A stretch of DNA of 64,000 nucleotides, from the NCBI RefSeq assembly GCF_009914755.1, contig NC_060925.1. One strand, 5' to 3'. The stretch's first letter is position 1; each line of letters starts with the position of its first letter. This DNA comes from the human T2T-CHM13v2.0 reference genome, Homo sapiens. Of the stretch, positions 25,050 through 48,334 are shown one piece after another. Under the pieces are notes generated by a model, which was given only the letters and a program-made list of their open reading frames with translations, searched no databases and had not been told where the DNA came from. Both the position numbers and the translations under genes were made by a program.

Positions 25050-26600
25050 GAACTGTGTCACTATTATTTAAGTCCAGCCTAAAATAACATCAGAGAAATC
25101 CAAACAAACATCCAGCATGAGTAAAAAATTTAAGAACAACAGCATTGATGGCTGTAAACTGGGCAAAGTAATACATTTTATACTAACCAAAAAGTATAAT
25201 ACACAACATTTTAATAGAACACAGAAATACACAATGCAAGACTGTTTAAAATAAAAGGATCAATTGATAAAAACACAACTGTAGAGGACTAAAATCTCTC
25301 TCAGTTTCTGACAGATCCTTTAAGGGAAAAGTAAACATGGATACAGAAGATGTAAATAATGAAGCTGAGTAAACAAATATAAGCATAGAAAAGGACTACT
25401 AGTTATGGTGGCATGAAGAGGCTGGTAATTCCTCTCCACAAAAAACAAGTACAAACCTGAATGAGATTGTGAAAAACAACCATTCCAGGGTACTGGAAAT
25501 GGATCAAATGTAGAAAACAAGAAACGTTTATTGTTGAAGAAGTGCTAGAGCTTCAGGTTAGGGCAGGGGGACTCAGTGGCCTCTTTGCACGAGGTTATTC
25601 ACACACCCACTACTACCACCAACGTGGTCGATGAGAATGGTTTTATTAGTTCAGGGTTGGTCACGAAAACCAGCCAGAATTTTGACTGGTCATGAAAGAC
25701 AGCCAGAAATTTAACAGGGAGATCATGGAAACTAGAGAGCCATAAAAGGGCGGAAATAAGCTCTCTACCATCCCTGGCTAACTGGGTTACTATGCAAATG
25801 GAGGGGGAAGATCCAATAGTCTGGCAAAAAGTAAAAGCTAAGGATGACTTGAAAACTAGCAGCAACTTTGTATTTACATTCCCCAACTCACATATAAATC
25901 AATGTGAGGCTTTTCCCGATCAAGATGTTTGAGCATAACCTCTGTTCAAATCATTAGGTGACCACTAAATTATTATTATTATTTTGAGATGGGAGTCTCG
26001 CTCCGTTGCCCAGGATGGAATGCAGTGGCACGATCTCGCTCACTGCAACCTCCACCTCCCGGGTTCAAGTGATTCTCCTGCCTCAGCCTCCTGAGTAGCT
26101 GGGATTACAAGTGCCCGCCACCACACCCGGCTAATTTTTTTTTGTATTTTTAGTAGAGACAGGGTGTCACATGCTGGCCAGGCTGGTCACAAACTCCTGA
26201 CATCAGGTGATCCGCCCGCCTCAGACTCCCAAAGTGTTGGGATTACAGGCGTGAGCCACCGCACCCAGCCCTGACCACTAAATTATATGCAGACACAGGG
26301 GTAACTCTTTGGAAATCAAGTTTAATAATAATAATAAATATAAGAATAAAAAATGAAGCAGAGACATCAGTATTTGCATAGCCAAGTTATTAAAGCAAAT
26401 CCAACAACTCTCCAAAAAATTAGAATACATAGTTGCTACAATATATTATCTGAAATATCAAGTTTTCCACCAAAAATTACTAGACATGTAAAGAAGTAGG
26501 AAAGCATGGCTCTTAAGAAAAGTACAGTAAGAAATTGAGAGAGATATTTAGCAAAGACTTAAAAAAGCAGCTGTTATAAATATGTTCAAAGAATTAAAGT
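25050..26600 (+). mobile_element. Decayed old L1M 5'/ORF1 region
   Basis: A-rich L1M-like 5' sequence and ORF1-like segment (GCAGCTGTTATAAATATGTTCAAAGAATTAAAG). Confidence 0.55.
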
Positions 26601-26895
26601 AGGCTGGGCGTGGTGGCTCACTTTGGGAGGCCCAAGAGGGTGGATCGCTGGAGCTCAGGAGTTCAAGACCAGTCTGTGCAACATGGTGAAACCCCATCTC
26701 TACAAAAACATACAAAAAAATTAGCCAGGCATGGTGGCATGTGCCTGTAGTCCCTGGAGGCTGAGGTGGGAGGATTGCTTGAGCCCAAGAGGTAGAGAGG
26801 TAGAGACTGCAGTGAGCCAGGATAGTACCACTGCACTCCAGCCTGGAAGACAGAGCAAGACTCTGTCTCAAAAAAAAAAAAAAAAAAAAAAAAAA
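25975..26895. repeat. Two Alus (25975-26270 minus with TSD TGACCACTAAATTAT; 26601-26895 plus)
   Basis: Alu consensus. Confidence 0.9.
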
Positions 26896-28207
26896 GGTTT
26901 GTGTATGTATGTACTTTTTTCCTATTCTCTTCATTTCTGTTTTTTGAAAAATTTATTTGATAAATAAAATCTTTTTTATTTCTTTTCCATTTACTCCTTT
27001 AGATAACCTACAGAAAATCCCAGATAACCTGGAATTATCGTTCATTTTACAAAGATTACTTTTAGGATAGTTCAGATTCTTATAATTTCTTAACAAATCA
27101 ATGATTTTAATATCTTTTTTAACACTCTCATTTCTCCAGGGGTAAACAACTGTGGCTTAAGTATGACGTCTCAAACAACTTTCTATATACTGTAGCTAAA
27201 GTATCATGTCTAGACATTTTTCCAAACTTCTCTACTATTCAAATTTTCCATTACTTTGAATACGCAGTGCATCTGTCAAAACTCTTGTGCTTCTAACTCT
27301 GTATCTGACAATCACAAAGTCCAGTCACTTTTTACCTGCCAGATTCTTTGTTCCTACAGCAAAATCCCTAATAGAGTGACTTTTTAATTCTTTTGGCTCT
27401 TGTTTTTGAGGAAAAATCTACTACTCTTTGTTTACTAAAATATTTTCTAAAGAAGGAATATGTTTAATTAAATTCTATTGTGGTCAGAGAAATTCTCTAT
27501 ATGATTTCAATCTTTCAAAATGTATTGACATTTTTAATGGGCCAGTATATGGTATATGTCGATAAACAAGCCATTTGCCTATGTAAATAATATGTATTCT
27601 GCAGTTGAGTGTATTGTTCTAAACATATTATTTAGATCAAGATGACTGATAGTGTTGTTGAGATCCTCTATATGTGTATTAACATTTTTTGGCTTCTTCT
27701 ACCTATTAATTACTGGAAGTGAGGTGTTAAAATCTACAACTATGATTGTGGATTTGTCTATTTCTTTCTTTAGTTATCTCAACTGTTGCTTTCAAGTATT
27801 TTGAAGCTTTATTGTTAGGTATATAGTAATATACATACATAATATTAGGATTGGTATATCTTTCTGAACTGGCCATTTTTATCATTATGAAATACTTCTG
27901 ACAATACTGTCTTGATGCCTATTTTTCTCTGATGTTAAAATAGCCACTTTAGCTTTCTTACAGTTACTATTTGCACTGCATATCTTTTTCATCTTTTTGC
28001 TTTCAACCTGTCTATGATTTTATATTTAAGTATAACTCTTGAAGACAGCATATAGATGAGTCTTACTTTTTTTTTAATCCGTTCTCATTATCTTAACTTT
28101 TTTTTTTTTTTTTTGAGACAGAGTCTCACTGTTGCACAGACTAGAGTGCAGAGTACAGTGGGTGAGATCTTGGCTCGCTGCAACTTCTACCTCCCAGGTT
28201 CAAGTGA

Positions 28208-28414
<207 letters not shown>

Positions 28415-28629
28415 TAATTGAAGTGGCTTTTTTTTTTTTTTTTGAGACAGAGTCTAGCTGTGTCACCCAAACTGGAGTGCAGTGGCATGATCATAGCTCA
28501 CTGTAGCCTTGAACTCCTGTGCTCAAGCGATCCTCTCAGCGTCCTGAGTAGCTGGGACTACAGGTGCCCACTACCATGCTTGACCTTTTTTTTTTTTTTT
28601 TTAATGTTTGTAGAGACAGGGTCTCACTA

Positions 28630-29045
28630 TGGTGGGAAAAAGCTGAGTGTTAGGAAAAAAGCTGAGGCAGGGCTTGCATGTCTGACATAATGTCCCCTGG
28701 AATGTGTCTAGACTTGCTGGCTCCTTGCTTCTAGCCCTCCTAGGCTCCTAGATTGATTGTATTCCCATTATCTCAAGTAGCAGAACATGTTCTATATAAA
28801 GGCTAAGCCGTCACAGCTGTAGATCATGTGCCTGCCTTTTTGACCCCCACATTCTCACCACCTGTTTCTTTGTTGGATTACCAATAAACAGTGTAGGGTC
28901 CCAGAGCTTGGGGCCTTCACAGCCTCCACAATCGCGATGGGTCCCTGGTCCCACTTTCTTTCTCAAACTGTCTTTTTCTCAATCCTTTGATTCAGCTGGA
29001 CATCATCACCCCCACGACCTGGTGTTGGGTCTGATCACCCCAACA
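28630..29045 (+). mobile_element. Solo LTR, ERVK class (LTR3/HML-6-like), inserted in an AluJ
   Basis: TG…CA termini (TGGTGGG…CCCAACA), 5-bp TSD CACTA (28625-28629, 29046-29050), TATATAAA 28793, AATAAA 28883; subfamily from memory. Confidence 0.85.
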
Positions 29046-29677
29046 CACTATGTAGCCCAGGCTAGTCTCAAACTCCTGTGCTTAAGTGATCCTCGTGCCT
29101 TGGCCTCCCCCAAAGTGCTGGGATTAGAGGTGTGAGCCAGTGTGCTTGGCAGAAGTGTTTATAGTTCATTGGCATTTAATACAACAATAGGATGGCCAGA
29201 CTTAAGTCTACCACCTTGCTATTTTCTATTTATCCCATTTGGGTTTTTTGTTGTTCCCTGTCCCTTCTTTCCTGCCATCTTTTTTTTTTAATTAGGTAAT
29301 TTTTTTTTTTTTTTTTTTTTTGAGACAAGGTCTCACTCTGTCCAGGCTGGAGTGCTGTGGTATAATCACTGCTCACTGCAGTTGAGACTAAGGTAATCCT
29401 CCCATCTCAGCCTTCCAAGGAACTGGAACTACAGGAGCACAACACACCTGACCAATTTTTGTATTTTTTGTAGAAACAGTGTTTCACCATGTTGCCAGGC
29501 TGGTCTCAAACTCCTGGGCTCAGGTGAGTGGCTTGCCTCAGCCTCCCAAAGTGCTGGGATGATAGGCATGAGCCACTGTACCTGGCCAAATTCAATATTT
29601 AAAAAATCAAATTCTCTTTTGACTTTTTAACTATACCTCTTTGCATTTGTTTTCTTCTTCTTCTTTTTTTTAAAAAG

Positions 29678-30112
<435 letters not shown>

Positions 30113-31234
30113 TGATCCACTTGCCTTGGCCTCCCAAAATGCTGGGATTACAGGCATGACCCACTACGCCTGGCCTTAACATTACTTTCTACTAAATTAA
30201 TACTGTGTGTTCTTACATAAAATTTAAGAACTTGGCAACACAATAATTTCATTTTATTCATTTATTCATTTCTGGTGCTCTATGGTCCTTTCCGTAGATT
30301 CCAGTTTACATAAGATATCATGTAATGTAAAAAAGTTCCTTTCAGTCTGAAGAACTTTTTTGGCATTACTTCTAGCATTTTTTCTGATATGAAGTTGGCT
30401 GCCATCCATATCAGTGCTCCTCTTACATAATATGCTGTTTTTCTGTGACTGCTTTTAAGAGTTTCTCTGAAGATTTTCTGTATTGTGTCTAATGATGGGT
30501 TTTGTGTATATGTGGGTATCCTGCTTGGGGTTCAGAGTATCTTAGATCTATATTTTTGGAAAAATTTCAGCTTTTGTTTCATCTAATATTTTTTATGTGC
30601 ATCGGCACATAAAATAATGTCCCCTCTCTCCTGTTTTTACGGGGACTACAATTACACATATGTTATCTTGCTTAATATTGTCTCAGAGGGATCTGAGGGT
30701 CTATTTTTTTTTTTATTTTTTTCCTACCTGTTTTCATACTTGGATAATTTCTACTGATAACATTCTCAAGTTCACCGACCCAGTCTTTTAGTGTTTCCAA
30801 TTTGCTTTTAAGTTCATTCAGAAGTTTTTCTTTTCAAATATTATACTTTTCAGTTCTAAATTCATTTTCTTTATCTGAAAAAATGTCCATTTATTCACTC
30901 AGATTTTCTCTGTTCATTATATTTATATTTACATTTAAGTTCACGAACATGTCTTATGATAGCTATTTTGAAGTCACTGTCTGCTAATCCCAACATCTGA
31001 GTCATCTCAGAGTCTATCTCTATTGATGGCTTTTTTATTGACTTATGGAATAGTCTTTTTTTCCCCACAAGTACAGCAATTTTTTTATTGTATGCTACAC
31101 AGGGTGTTGAATTTTTTTCTTGTAGACAAAAAAAATTACTGGCAGATCTTTTCGATCCCATCACACTTGCTTTTATATTTTGTAGGGGCTGGTCTGTTTC
31201 AGTTATGAACTTATTTAGAGCATGTTTACTCCTT

Positions 31235-31405
31235 AAGGAGGCCCTGTGAACTTGATATAATTTCCATAAGTCACAACATATCATTATTCTTTTTATTTTT
31301 TTCAACCACTTACAAATATAAAAAGTATTCTTAGCTCACAAACTATGCATAAATAGGTGGCAGCCTAGATTTGGCCTATAGGCCGTAAGTTTGCTGACCC
31401 CTGCA
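31235..31405. mobile_element. MER58B-like (hAT-Charlie) fragment
   Basis: ATTCTTAGCTCACAAAC…GATTTGGCCTATAGGCCGTAAGTTTGCTGACCCCTG. Confidence 0.75.
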
Positions 31406-31455
31406 CTAGCCCAAAGAGAAAATGTAAAACATTGCTTTAAAAAAGCTCTAGGCTA

Positions 31456-32135
<680 letters not shown>

Positions 32136-33816
32136 CTATAGCCTGTCTAACCTATTCTCCACTGTAACAAGAGTACTTACATAAAAACACTACCTAAGAT
32201 TTTCAGTCTTGTCAAATAATATCACCAGTTCTTAAAATTCTAAAACAATGAATTTCTAAGGATTTCCTAATGAGTCTGAGAGTCACTCTTCACGTCAGCA
32301 TTTCTCTGGCATAAATCAGTATGTCAGCATTAGTACTTATACTAGACTTTATTGCTGTAGTTATTTATATGGAGTTTTTACAACTAAACATTTTTCAAAT
32401 ATGCTGTCTACCCATCTCATCCCATTTCCACCTCTACTTCCAGACTAGTTTTAAGACAGAGATCATATCATCTATAATCTGTTGATTACACAGTGAGTTG
32501 TCAATATACACTCATTTATTACCAAATCTAGTCTCTCCTAGATAAACTGTGTTTGCATTTCATATGCATGATTCAGTCTCTTCTCTATTTTCTACCTTTC
32601 ATCTTAATCGTTTTTACAATATAATGGAAACAAGTACCACTTTTATAGCCAGGAAAAATGATATAAATATGTAACTCCAGGTTCCCTTCCCTCCAAAAAC
32701 TATTCTCGAATTACTCCAACCATTTTTCAATGGTTGAAGTACAATTACTCAGTACAATTACTAGCCTATTCTATCCACTTAACTCCTTATTTCTTGTATT
32801 ACATATATTGTAATTTGCCTTCACCAAGTAATTAAGGATTAACTTAAACCTGAGATTTTGCACTTTCTCTCCATGAGTACACAGAATCACATCTATAAAA
32901 CGGACAAAATTTACACCCCTATAAAATGTTGAGCAGACTAGTGAATAATTTAGTTTTATTCAATCATTAGAAATGGACTATTTCTAGACCCAAAGTCCAC
33001 GAGAACAATGGTATTTGTGAACTAACCAGACAAGGCTAGTTAGGAAAGGAAAACAAACAATGTAGAAGGAAAATATAGAATAATTAAAAATAAAAAAAAT
33101 TTACGGCCAGGTGTGGTGATTCATGCCTGTAATCCCGCACTTTGGGAAACTGAGGCAGGAGGATTGCTTGAGCCCGGGAGGTCGAGGCCACAGTGAGCCA
33201 AGATCCAGCCTAGGTGCACTCCAGCCTAGGTGACAGAGGGAGACTCAGTCTCAAAAAGAAAAAAAAAAAAACAAAAAACTTTAAAATAATACATAGCTAT
33301 ACTTACTCCAATAGATTATTAAATTTCATCTTTGTAGCAGTTGGCTTTAGTTTATATTGTAGTAGATGTTACTTTGAACCAATACACTTTTTCCCAATTA
33401 CTTTAAAAAATAGATTTCATGCATGAAGAAAGAGTAACTTCTATAGTAAATTGCACAGAGCTACAGTTTAAGCTTTCTAAATTTAAAAGCCATTTCTCGA
33501 ATAGAGATTATCTGGGTTATTTACACCTTCAGAATTTTGTCCCATGTGTACGTGTAAACACATTCTAGTGAAAAATCAAAGTCACTAAGGAAAAAAAATA
33601 TCAAGTGATGTGTACTACAGAACCCCTACTCCATCCCTGAGCATCAACCAGGCTCAGAGAGAGTTGAGGGATAGGGATAGGGTGAGGGTTAACGATGTCT
33701 ATTGTAAATATTTCTTGGTAATTAAAAATGAAATAAAATAAGAACCAAAGAAACAAAAAAGATTACCTTGATTAAAAATTACAAGTCAAAAGAGTAATTA
33801 GCTTGTTTTCACTTAC

Positions 33817-33974
33817 CTGTAACTTTCGTTCCAATAACCAGAGGCAAAGGAATTTCATCTGGGAGATCTTTGAATTGTGAAACATCTGCAACTTTCCTTT
33901 GTTGTAAGAGCCTTATTTTCTGCCGTTTCTGTTTTAATGCTGATCTCTCTTCCTCAAAAAATGCAGAAGAACAT
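33817..33974 (-). CDS. LIN9: LIN9 exon 7 (158 nt): CSSAFFEEERSALKQKRQKIRLLQQRKVADVSQFKDLPDEIPLPLVIGTKVT
   Basis: ttctag|ATGTTCT...GTTACAG|gtaagt; captured by ORF 33809..33997. Confidence 0.97.
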
Positions 33975-34035
33975 CTAGAATAAATTATAAAAAACATACA
34001 AACTGATAACTACCCCATATAAAAACTTAAAATCT

Positions 34036-35835
<1,800 letters not shown>

Positions 35836-36680
35836 GGAAGGAAAGAAAAAGGAACTGTTTCTTTTCACAGTAAATTACCTTTCATTTTTTAAAAAACAGG
35901 ACCTTCCAAGACTCAAAGATTTTGCAGGTTATTCCTTCCTACAAAGCAAAATAATTTTTTCACCATCCTTTGATGAAATTGTGCCTGGAATCTAGATCTC
36001 ATAGGGACCAAGTTCCATTTCAATATTCTACCCAAAAGAACATGATATTTTCTCTGTGACCCAGTAAACACACCAATATAGCAGTTAAAGATGAGACTTC
36101 CTACTATGTAAACTTTTAATCATAATTTTTGCCTTAAAAGTATAAATGCTGAATTCCCTCTTATTTCTAGAGCCTATCTTCCTTCCGTTTTCAAATCCCA
36201 GGATGAAGCAAAGTATTTAAACATCACTTTCATGCCATGTTATGGCTTTCACTTTCAAAGGTACATTATGAGCTCTATTGTCATTTGTCTCAAAAACTAA
36301 ATAAAAACAATGAGAAAAAAGGATATAAAGACCAGCACTGTATAAAGTGAATTGTTGTAAGCAATGATGAATAAGGACTGGAAATACACAGAAAGAGCTT
36401 AGCTGATAATAATGATTTTTTTGTATGATTTCTGAACTTGTTGAATATTGATTCAAGCAGTATATATGGGAAGAATATGAGAAGATAAAGCAAAGGATAA
36501 TGAGTTACTAGTAAGCTAAGTAGTACTATAAAAACAGACTTGAGGCCGGGCGCAGTGGCTCACACCTGTAATCCCAGCACTTTGGGAGGCCGAGGTGGGC
36601 GGATCATGAGGTCAGGAGATCGAGACCATCCTGGCCAATATGGTGAAACCCATCTCTACCAAAAACACAAAAATTAGCTA

Positions 36681-36878
<198 letters not shown>

Positions 36879-36889
36879 TTAGAAATCTT

Positions 36890-37665
36890 CCTGGTATATA
36901 ACCATTATGGAAATTAGTATGGAGGTTCCTCAAAAAACTAAAAATCCAGCAATCCCATGGTTAGGTGTATATTCAAAAAAAGGAAATCAGTATATCAAAG
37001 AGATATCTGTACTCCCATGTTTATTGTAGCACTATTTACAATAGCCAAGATATGGAATCACCCTAAGCGTCCATCAACAGATGAATGGAATTTTAAAATA
37101 TGGTATATATGCACAATGGAATCTTATTCAGCCACAAAATATAATGAAATCCTGTCATTTGCAGCAACATAGATGATATTGGAAGTCATTATGCTAAGTG
37201 TAATAAGCCAGGCACAGAAAAACAAGTATAAGATGTTCTCATTCATACATGGAAACTAAAAATGTGGATCTCATGGAGGTAGAAATTATTAATAGAATGG
37301 TGGTTACCAGAGGCTGGGAAGGGAAAAGGGAGGGGAGGATGAAGATAAGTTAGCTAAGGGGTACAAAAATATAGTGAGATAGATTAGCTAAGGGGTACAA
37401 AAATATAGTGAGATAGAAGGAATAAGTTCTAGTATTTGACAGTACGGTAGGAAAATTATAGTTAATTTATTGACTATTTTTTGTTTTTACTTTGTTTTTT
37501 ATTGACTATTTCCACATAATTAGAAGAGAAAAATTATAATGTTCCCAACACAAAGAAAAATGTTTGAGGTAATGGATATCCCAATTACCCTGATTTGATC
37601 ATTACACACTGTACACATGTACTCCCAAAATATGTACAACTATTATATATCAATTTAAAAAATAT
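36890..37665 (+). mobile_element. L1MA 3' end fragment
   Basis: ORF 36957..37172 resembles the L1 ORF2 C-terminus (CTPMFIVALFTIAKIWNHP); L1MA-type 3'UTR. Confidence 0.85.
37350..37417. repeat. Perfect 34-bp tandem duplication
   Basis: TTAGCTAAGGGGTACAAAAATATAGTGAGATAGA x2. Confidence 0.95.
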
Positions 37666-37720
37666 ACCAAAAAAAGTCTTCTTGACATAAGAACCCAGGA
37701 CCCATACTATTTCCCTATAG

Positions 37721-38011
<291 letters not shown>

Positions 38012-38039
38012 TAGTGTTAACCACCGGCGCCCAGCCATT

Positions 38040-41000
<2,961 letters not shown>

Positions 41001-42378
41001 ATATTTTAAGGTTTATTGTATCAATAATTTGTATTATACCTGGACTTCCTCAAAGAAAGAAAAACTACACATTTTATTGAAAAAAGACTTCAACTATTAA
41101 TTAACCTTGATGAATTAAAGGACTATAAGATTAAATAATGTTATGGTAAGAGAATAGAAGATCAATTAACGAGAAATATTATGACACTCAAACTACAGAA
41201 CTATGACAAAACAGTAAATAGTGACCAATATCCCACTCTGATGGACAATAATTAGAAACAGTGTAACTCAATTTGCTCAAACACGCAAAATGATAGCAAA
41301 AAGTCACCAAATGGCTACTGTAATTACCAAAGGCCATAAATTATGAGTATGAAACACACTAAATAACATATCAAATTTTAATTTTGTTATTATAAGAAAT
41401 ATTAAAAACATCATCATCAAGGTCATCTTGATGACAGTTTAATTAAAAGTTCTCTCTGTATTTCATCACCATCTAAAGAAATCATTAAATCTAAATTCCA
41501 TTTCTATTTGTCCAAATCACTTTATATTTACAGACCTTCCTTGAACTTTCCCACCATTTAAAATGAAAAAGTCTTGCACATACTTTTTACCAGGCAGATA
41601 GACATAATGTGAGAACTAATGATCTAATTATTCTTCTAACATATTTCCAATTTTCACTCAAAAGTAATATAAGGTTTTCCAATGTGTTACCAGGATAACA
41701 CTGGAAAAGAAAAAATCATTTCACATGAAGAGCAATTCTCAGGAAGTAACATATTAGATAGATTAATTTGTTTTCTACTTTTATATAAAATAAAATAGGC
41801 ACTTCTGGGAAGGCTCCTGAGATTATAAAGGATTTCACAAAAGATAACAAAAATGTACACAGAACTTTACAGCATCCTTAAATACTTTTTAGGACATTCT
41901 TAAATATTTTTTGGAACACAGAGGGACATAGATAATGTAAAACTAAAAAATTACGTTGAAAACCTGTGATCCTAACAAAAATGAAATTGTGCATTTAATT
42001 ATAAGATGCATACGTATAAACAGCACCTACATTAAAGTTGGTTAACAGGATATATTTAACATATAATCAATTATTCTGAAAAGTTATGTTTTGGTACTAG
42101 TCATTTTAAAGATTAAAAAAATCAATGTACTAATGATACTAACAACTATTATTTATTGATTTTATTTTTTAATTCTTTTTTAGAGGAATGGTCTCACTGT
42201 GTTGCCCAGGCTAGAGTGCAGTGACTATTCACAGGTGTAATCACAGCATACTACAGCCCTGAACCCCTGGCCTTAAGCAAATACCCCATCTTAGCCTTCC
42301 AAGTAACTGGGATTATAAGTACATGCACTGCTACTGGCTTGATTTTATTTTAAACAAAAACAAAAACATTATTTTTAC

Positions 42379-42504
42379 CTCCGTGGTTTTCCCATAAGCC
42401 GCCGAATTTTTCCCCATTCTACTCTTGTTAACTTTCTTGTTTTCAAATTAGGAAAAGATTCCTTTAGACATACACAAAAGTCATTATCACCTTCAAAAAG
42501 TGGT
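42379..42504 (-). CDS. LIN9: LIN9 exon 6 (126 nt, phase 2-2): PLFEGDNDFCVCLKESFPNLKTRKLTRVEWGKIRRLMGKPR(R); DIRP domain
   Basis: ttacag|ACCACTT...CGGAG|gtaaaa; LTRVEWGKIRRLMGKPRR DIRP signature. Confidence 0.97.
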
Positions 42505-43709
42505 CTGTAAAACAGATATAGTATTTTAATGGTTACATACAATGTGTTACTTTCTTAAAACACATAAAATCACAAAATGCTAAACTTTCACTTCTACCCC
42601 ATATATATATATAAACTGGCACAAATTCAAAGTGCTAAAACTAAATCCTTGGCATTTGTGAAACATCTAATGTCGTGTAAAAGTTGCTCAGGAAATATTA
42701 TTTGTGTTGTGATTCCAAGAGACACTGATTTTTGTTCAATCTCTTATACAGGTATATCCTTTGGGAGGCTATCGTGGCCCTGGCCTTGTATCAGGTGAAG
42801 ATAAACCAAGTTAGCTACAAAGTGTCTTTGTCCCAAAGGAATACCATCACCAAGGAGTCCTCTTTGGAATTAAACCAGTCTTGGGACACTGGAGGACTCC
42901 AGAGGGTTAGATTAGCTTGGGGGATCCCAGAAGAACTCAGATTACACTGAGACACCCTGAAAACTCTCTTAAGCCTATGGACAAAAATAAAACAATTCTA
43001 TTCATGAGTCTGGGAAACCAGGAACCAGTGTTGGCAATGATACATAAATGCCTTGGGCTCAAATATGAACATTCATGAGATTCACAAGCTCCAGAGTAGG
43101 CAATTGGTATAGAAAACAGAGAAGGGAAGAAAATATAAATATCCAGCAGAGCAAGCAGCAATGACTGGCATATGAGGAAGGATTATAAATAAGAACTTTT
43201 CCTCAGTAAATTCCATTGTTGAATAATTGTATTTCAGCCAAATCTCATACTACGTCATACTTAAGCATATGTGTATACCTAGCGTGCTTAAGTACCACAT
43301 CCAAACTAGAAAGACTACCCTCTTAAAAATCTTAAGCCATTTTTACCATTAGTAATGGTTTCTCTATGATTATACCAGCACTTAACATCTCAATTATAAA
43401 ATGAATCTCATTCACTGCAAATAATGGTGTTTTAAGGTATCTCTACTCCATAGTCTTTAAGAATTCTAACACAGAAATTATACCGTAATCAATTCTTCAC
43501 AAAAATGTACAGTTTTCTTCCCCAAAAAGGATAACAGGGAAGAAAACTATGACAAATAGAATAGATCCAACTGGAATGTGGAACAGAAAAATGAATTTAG
43601 AGAAAAATAAGATCAAAGTAGACCTATAGAAAATGTTGTAGCTTAAAACACTTGAAAAACTTAAATTTCTGATTCAAGTAATATTCATAATATAAGCCAT
43701 GATACATAC

Positions 43710-43843
43710 TTATCTATATTTGAATAGAACCACTCGTATATACACCATTTATGTGCTTTAGGAAGCTTGAGCAGATTACGTAATCGAAAACCAATCTTCT
43801 GTGAAGCTTTCTTATCTGGTGTTGACATTGTTGCTGTAAATTT
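43710..43843 (-). CDS. LIN9: LIN9 exon 5 (134 nt): KFTATMSTPDKKASQKIGFRLRNLLKLPKAHKWCIYEWFYSNID(K); start of DIRP domain
   Basis: gtatag|AAATTT...GATAA|gtatgt; conserved LKLPKAHKWCIYEWFYS motif of the LIN9/Aly family. Confidence 0.97.
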
Positions 43844-44000
43844 CTATACAATAAAAAAAAGAGATTAATTTATGGCTCCATTAAGTAAAAATGAACATTT
43901 ATAACCCTGAATAAATTTGCAAAAGGTAAATTATGTTTAAGTACTTAAAAAGGTTCACTGATTCACTGATATTCAACATGGAATTTTGTTGCTGTTTTAA

Positions 44001-44333
<333 letters not shown>

Positions 44334-44339
44334 TAACCT

Positions 44340-47560
<3,221 letters not shown>

Positions 47561-47664
47561 GTATATTTAAAAGGTTTCATAAGGATAATCAAACTAATTA
47601 TAGTGGCTGCCACTGTATGAGGGAAGTACATATTGGAATGGTAAGTTAGGGTCAAAATTTTAAA

Positions 47665-47920
47665 ATTTTTATTATAAACTTTGTATTTTGGAAAAGTTGT
47701 AGATTTACAGGCAAGTTGCAAAGATAGTACATATTCCCACATGCCCTTCACCTGGCTTTCCCTAACATCAATATCTTATAGTAACTTTGGTATATTTGTC
47801 AAAACTAGTGCAATACTATTAACTAAACTACAGGCTTTATTTGGATTTTACCAGTTTTTTCACCAACATCCTTTTTCTGTTCCAGAAACCAATTCAGGAT
47901 ACCACACTGCATTTAGAAAA
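47665..47920 (-). mobile_element. L1MC4/5-like 3' end fragment
   Basis: AGATTTACAGGCAAGTTGCAAAGATAGTACA…ACCACACTGCATTTAG. Confidence 0.6.
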
Positions 47921-48235
47921 ATAACTTTGTTTTTCTTTGTTTTCCCTCAGTGACCATTCTCAGGAGAAAAAAAAAAATTAAATGTAAAAAGAAGAAAAAA
48001 GAAAAAATTTATAAGTGAGGAGATGTTTAGCATAAATAACCAAATTACTATAAAATATTCTTATCACAAAAAGTGTTATTTCTTTCTACTACATTATTGA
48101 CCCAGATTTTTAAATAGGGTATATAGGGTATTAGCAGCTCATCGAATATAAAACTATATTAAGGACCCGCCTGTTGGGTATGGGAAAATAGATTCAAATT
48201 GTTAGAGGGAATCTTCTATTGACTGATTGAGATAG

Positions 48236-48334
<99 letters not shown>

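Noticed and set aside
30895-31305. 136-aa non-Alu ORF
   Set aside because: Spans a MER58-like piece and an L1 ORF1 remnant; no coding signature
33761-33770. Alternative donor AAG|gtaatc 50 nt past exon 7
   Set aside because: Weaker than the perfect CAG|gtaagt normal donor; no other support
33809-33997. 62-aa ORF as a standalone gene
   Set aside because: It is LIN9 exon 7 plus flanking intron
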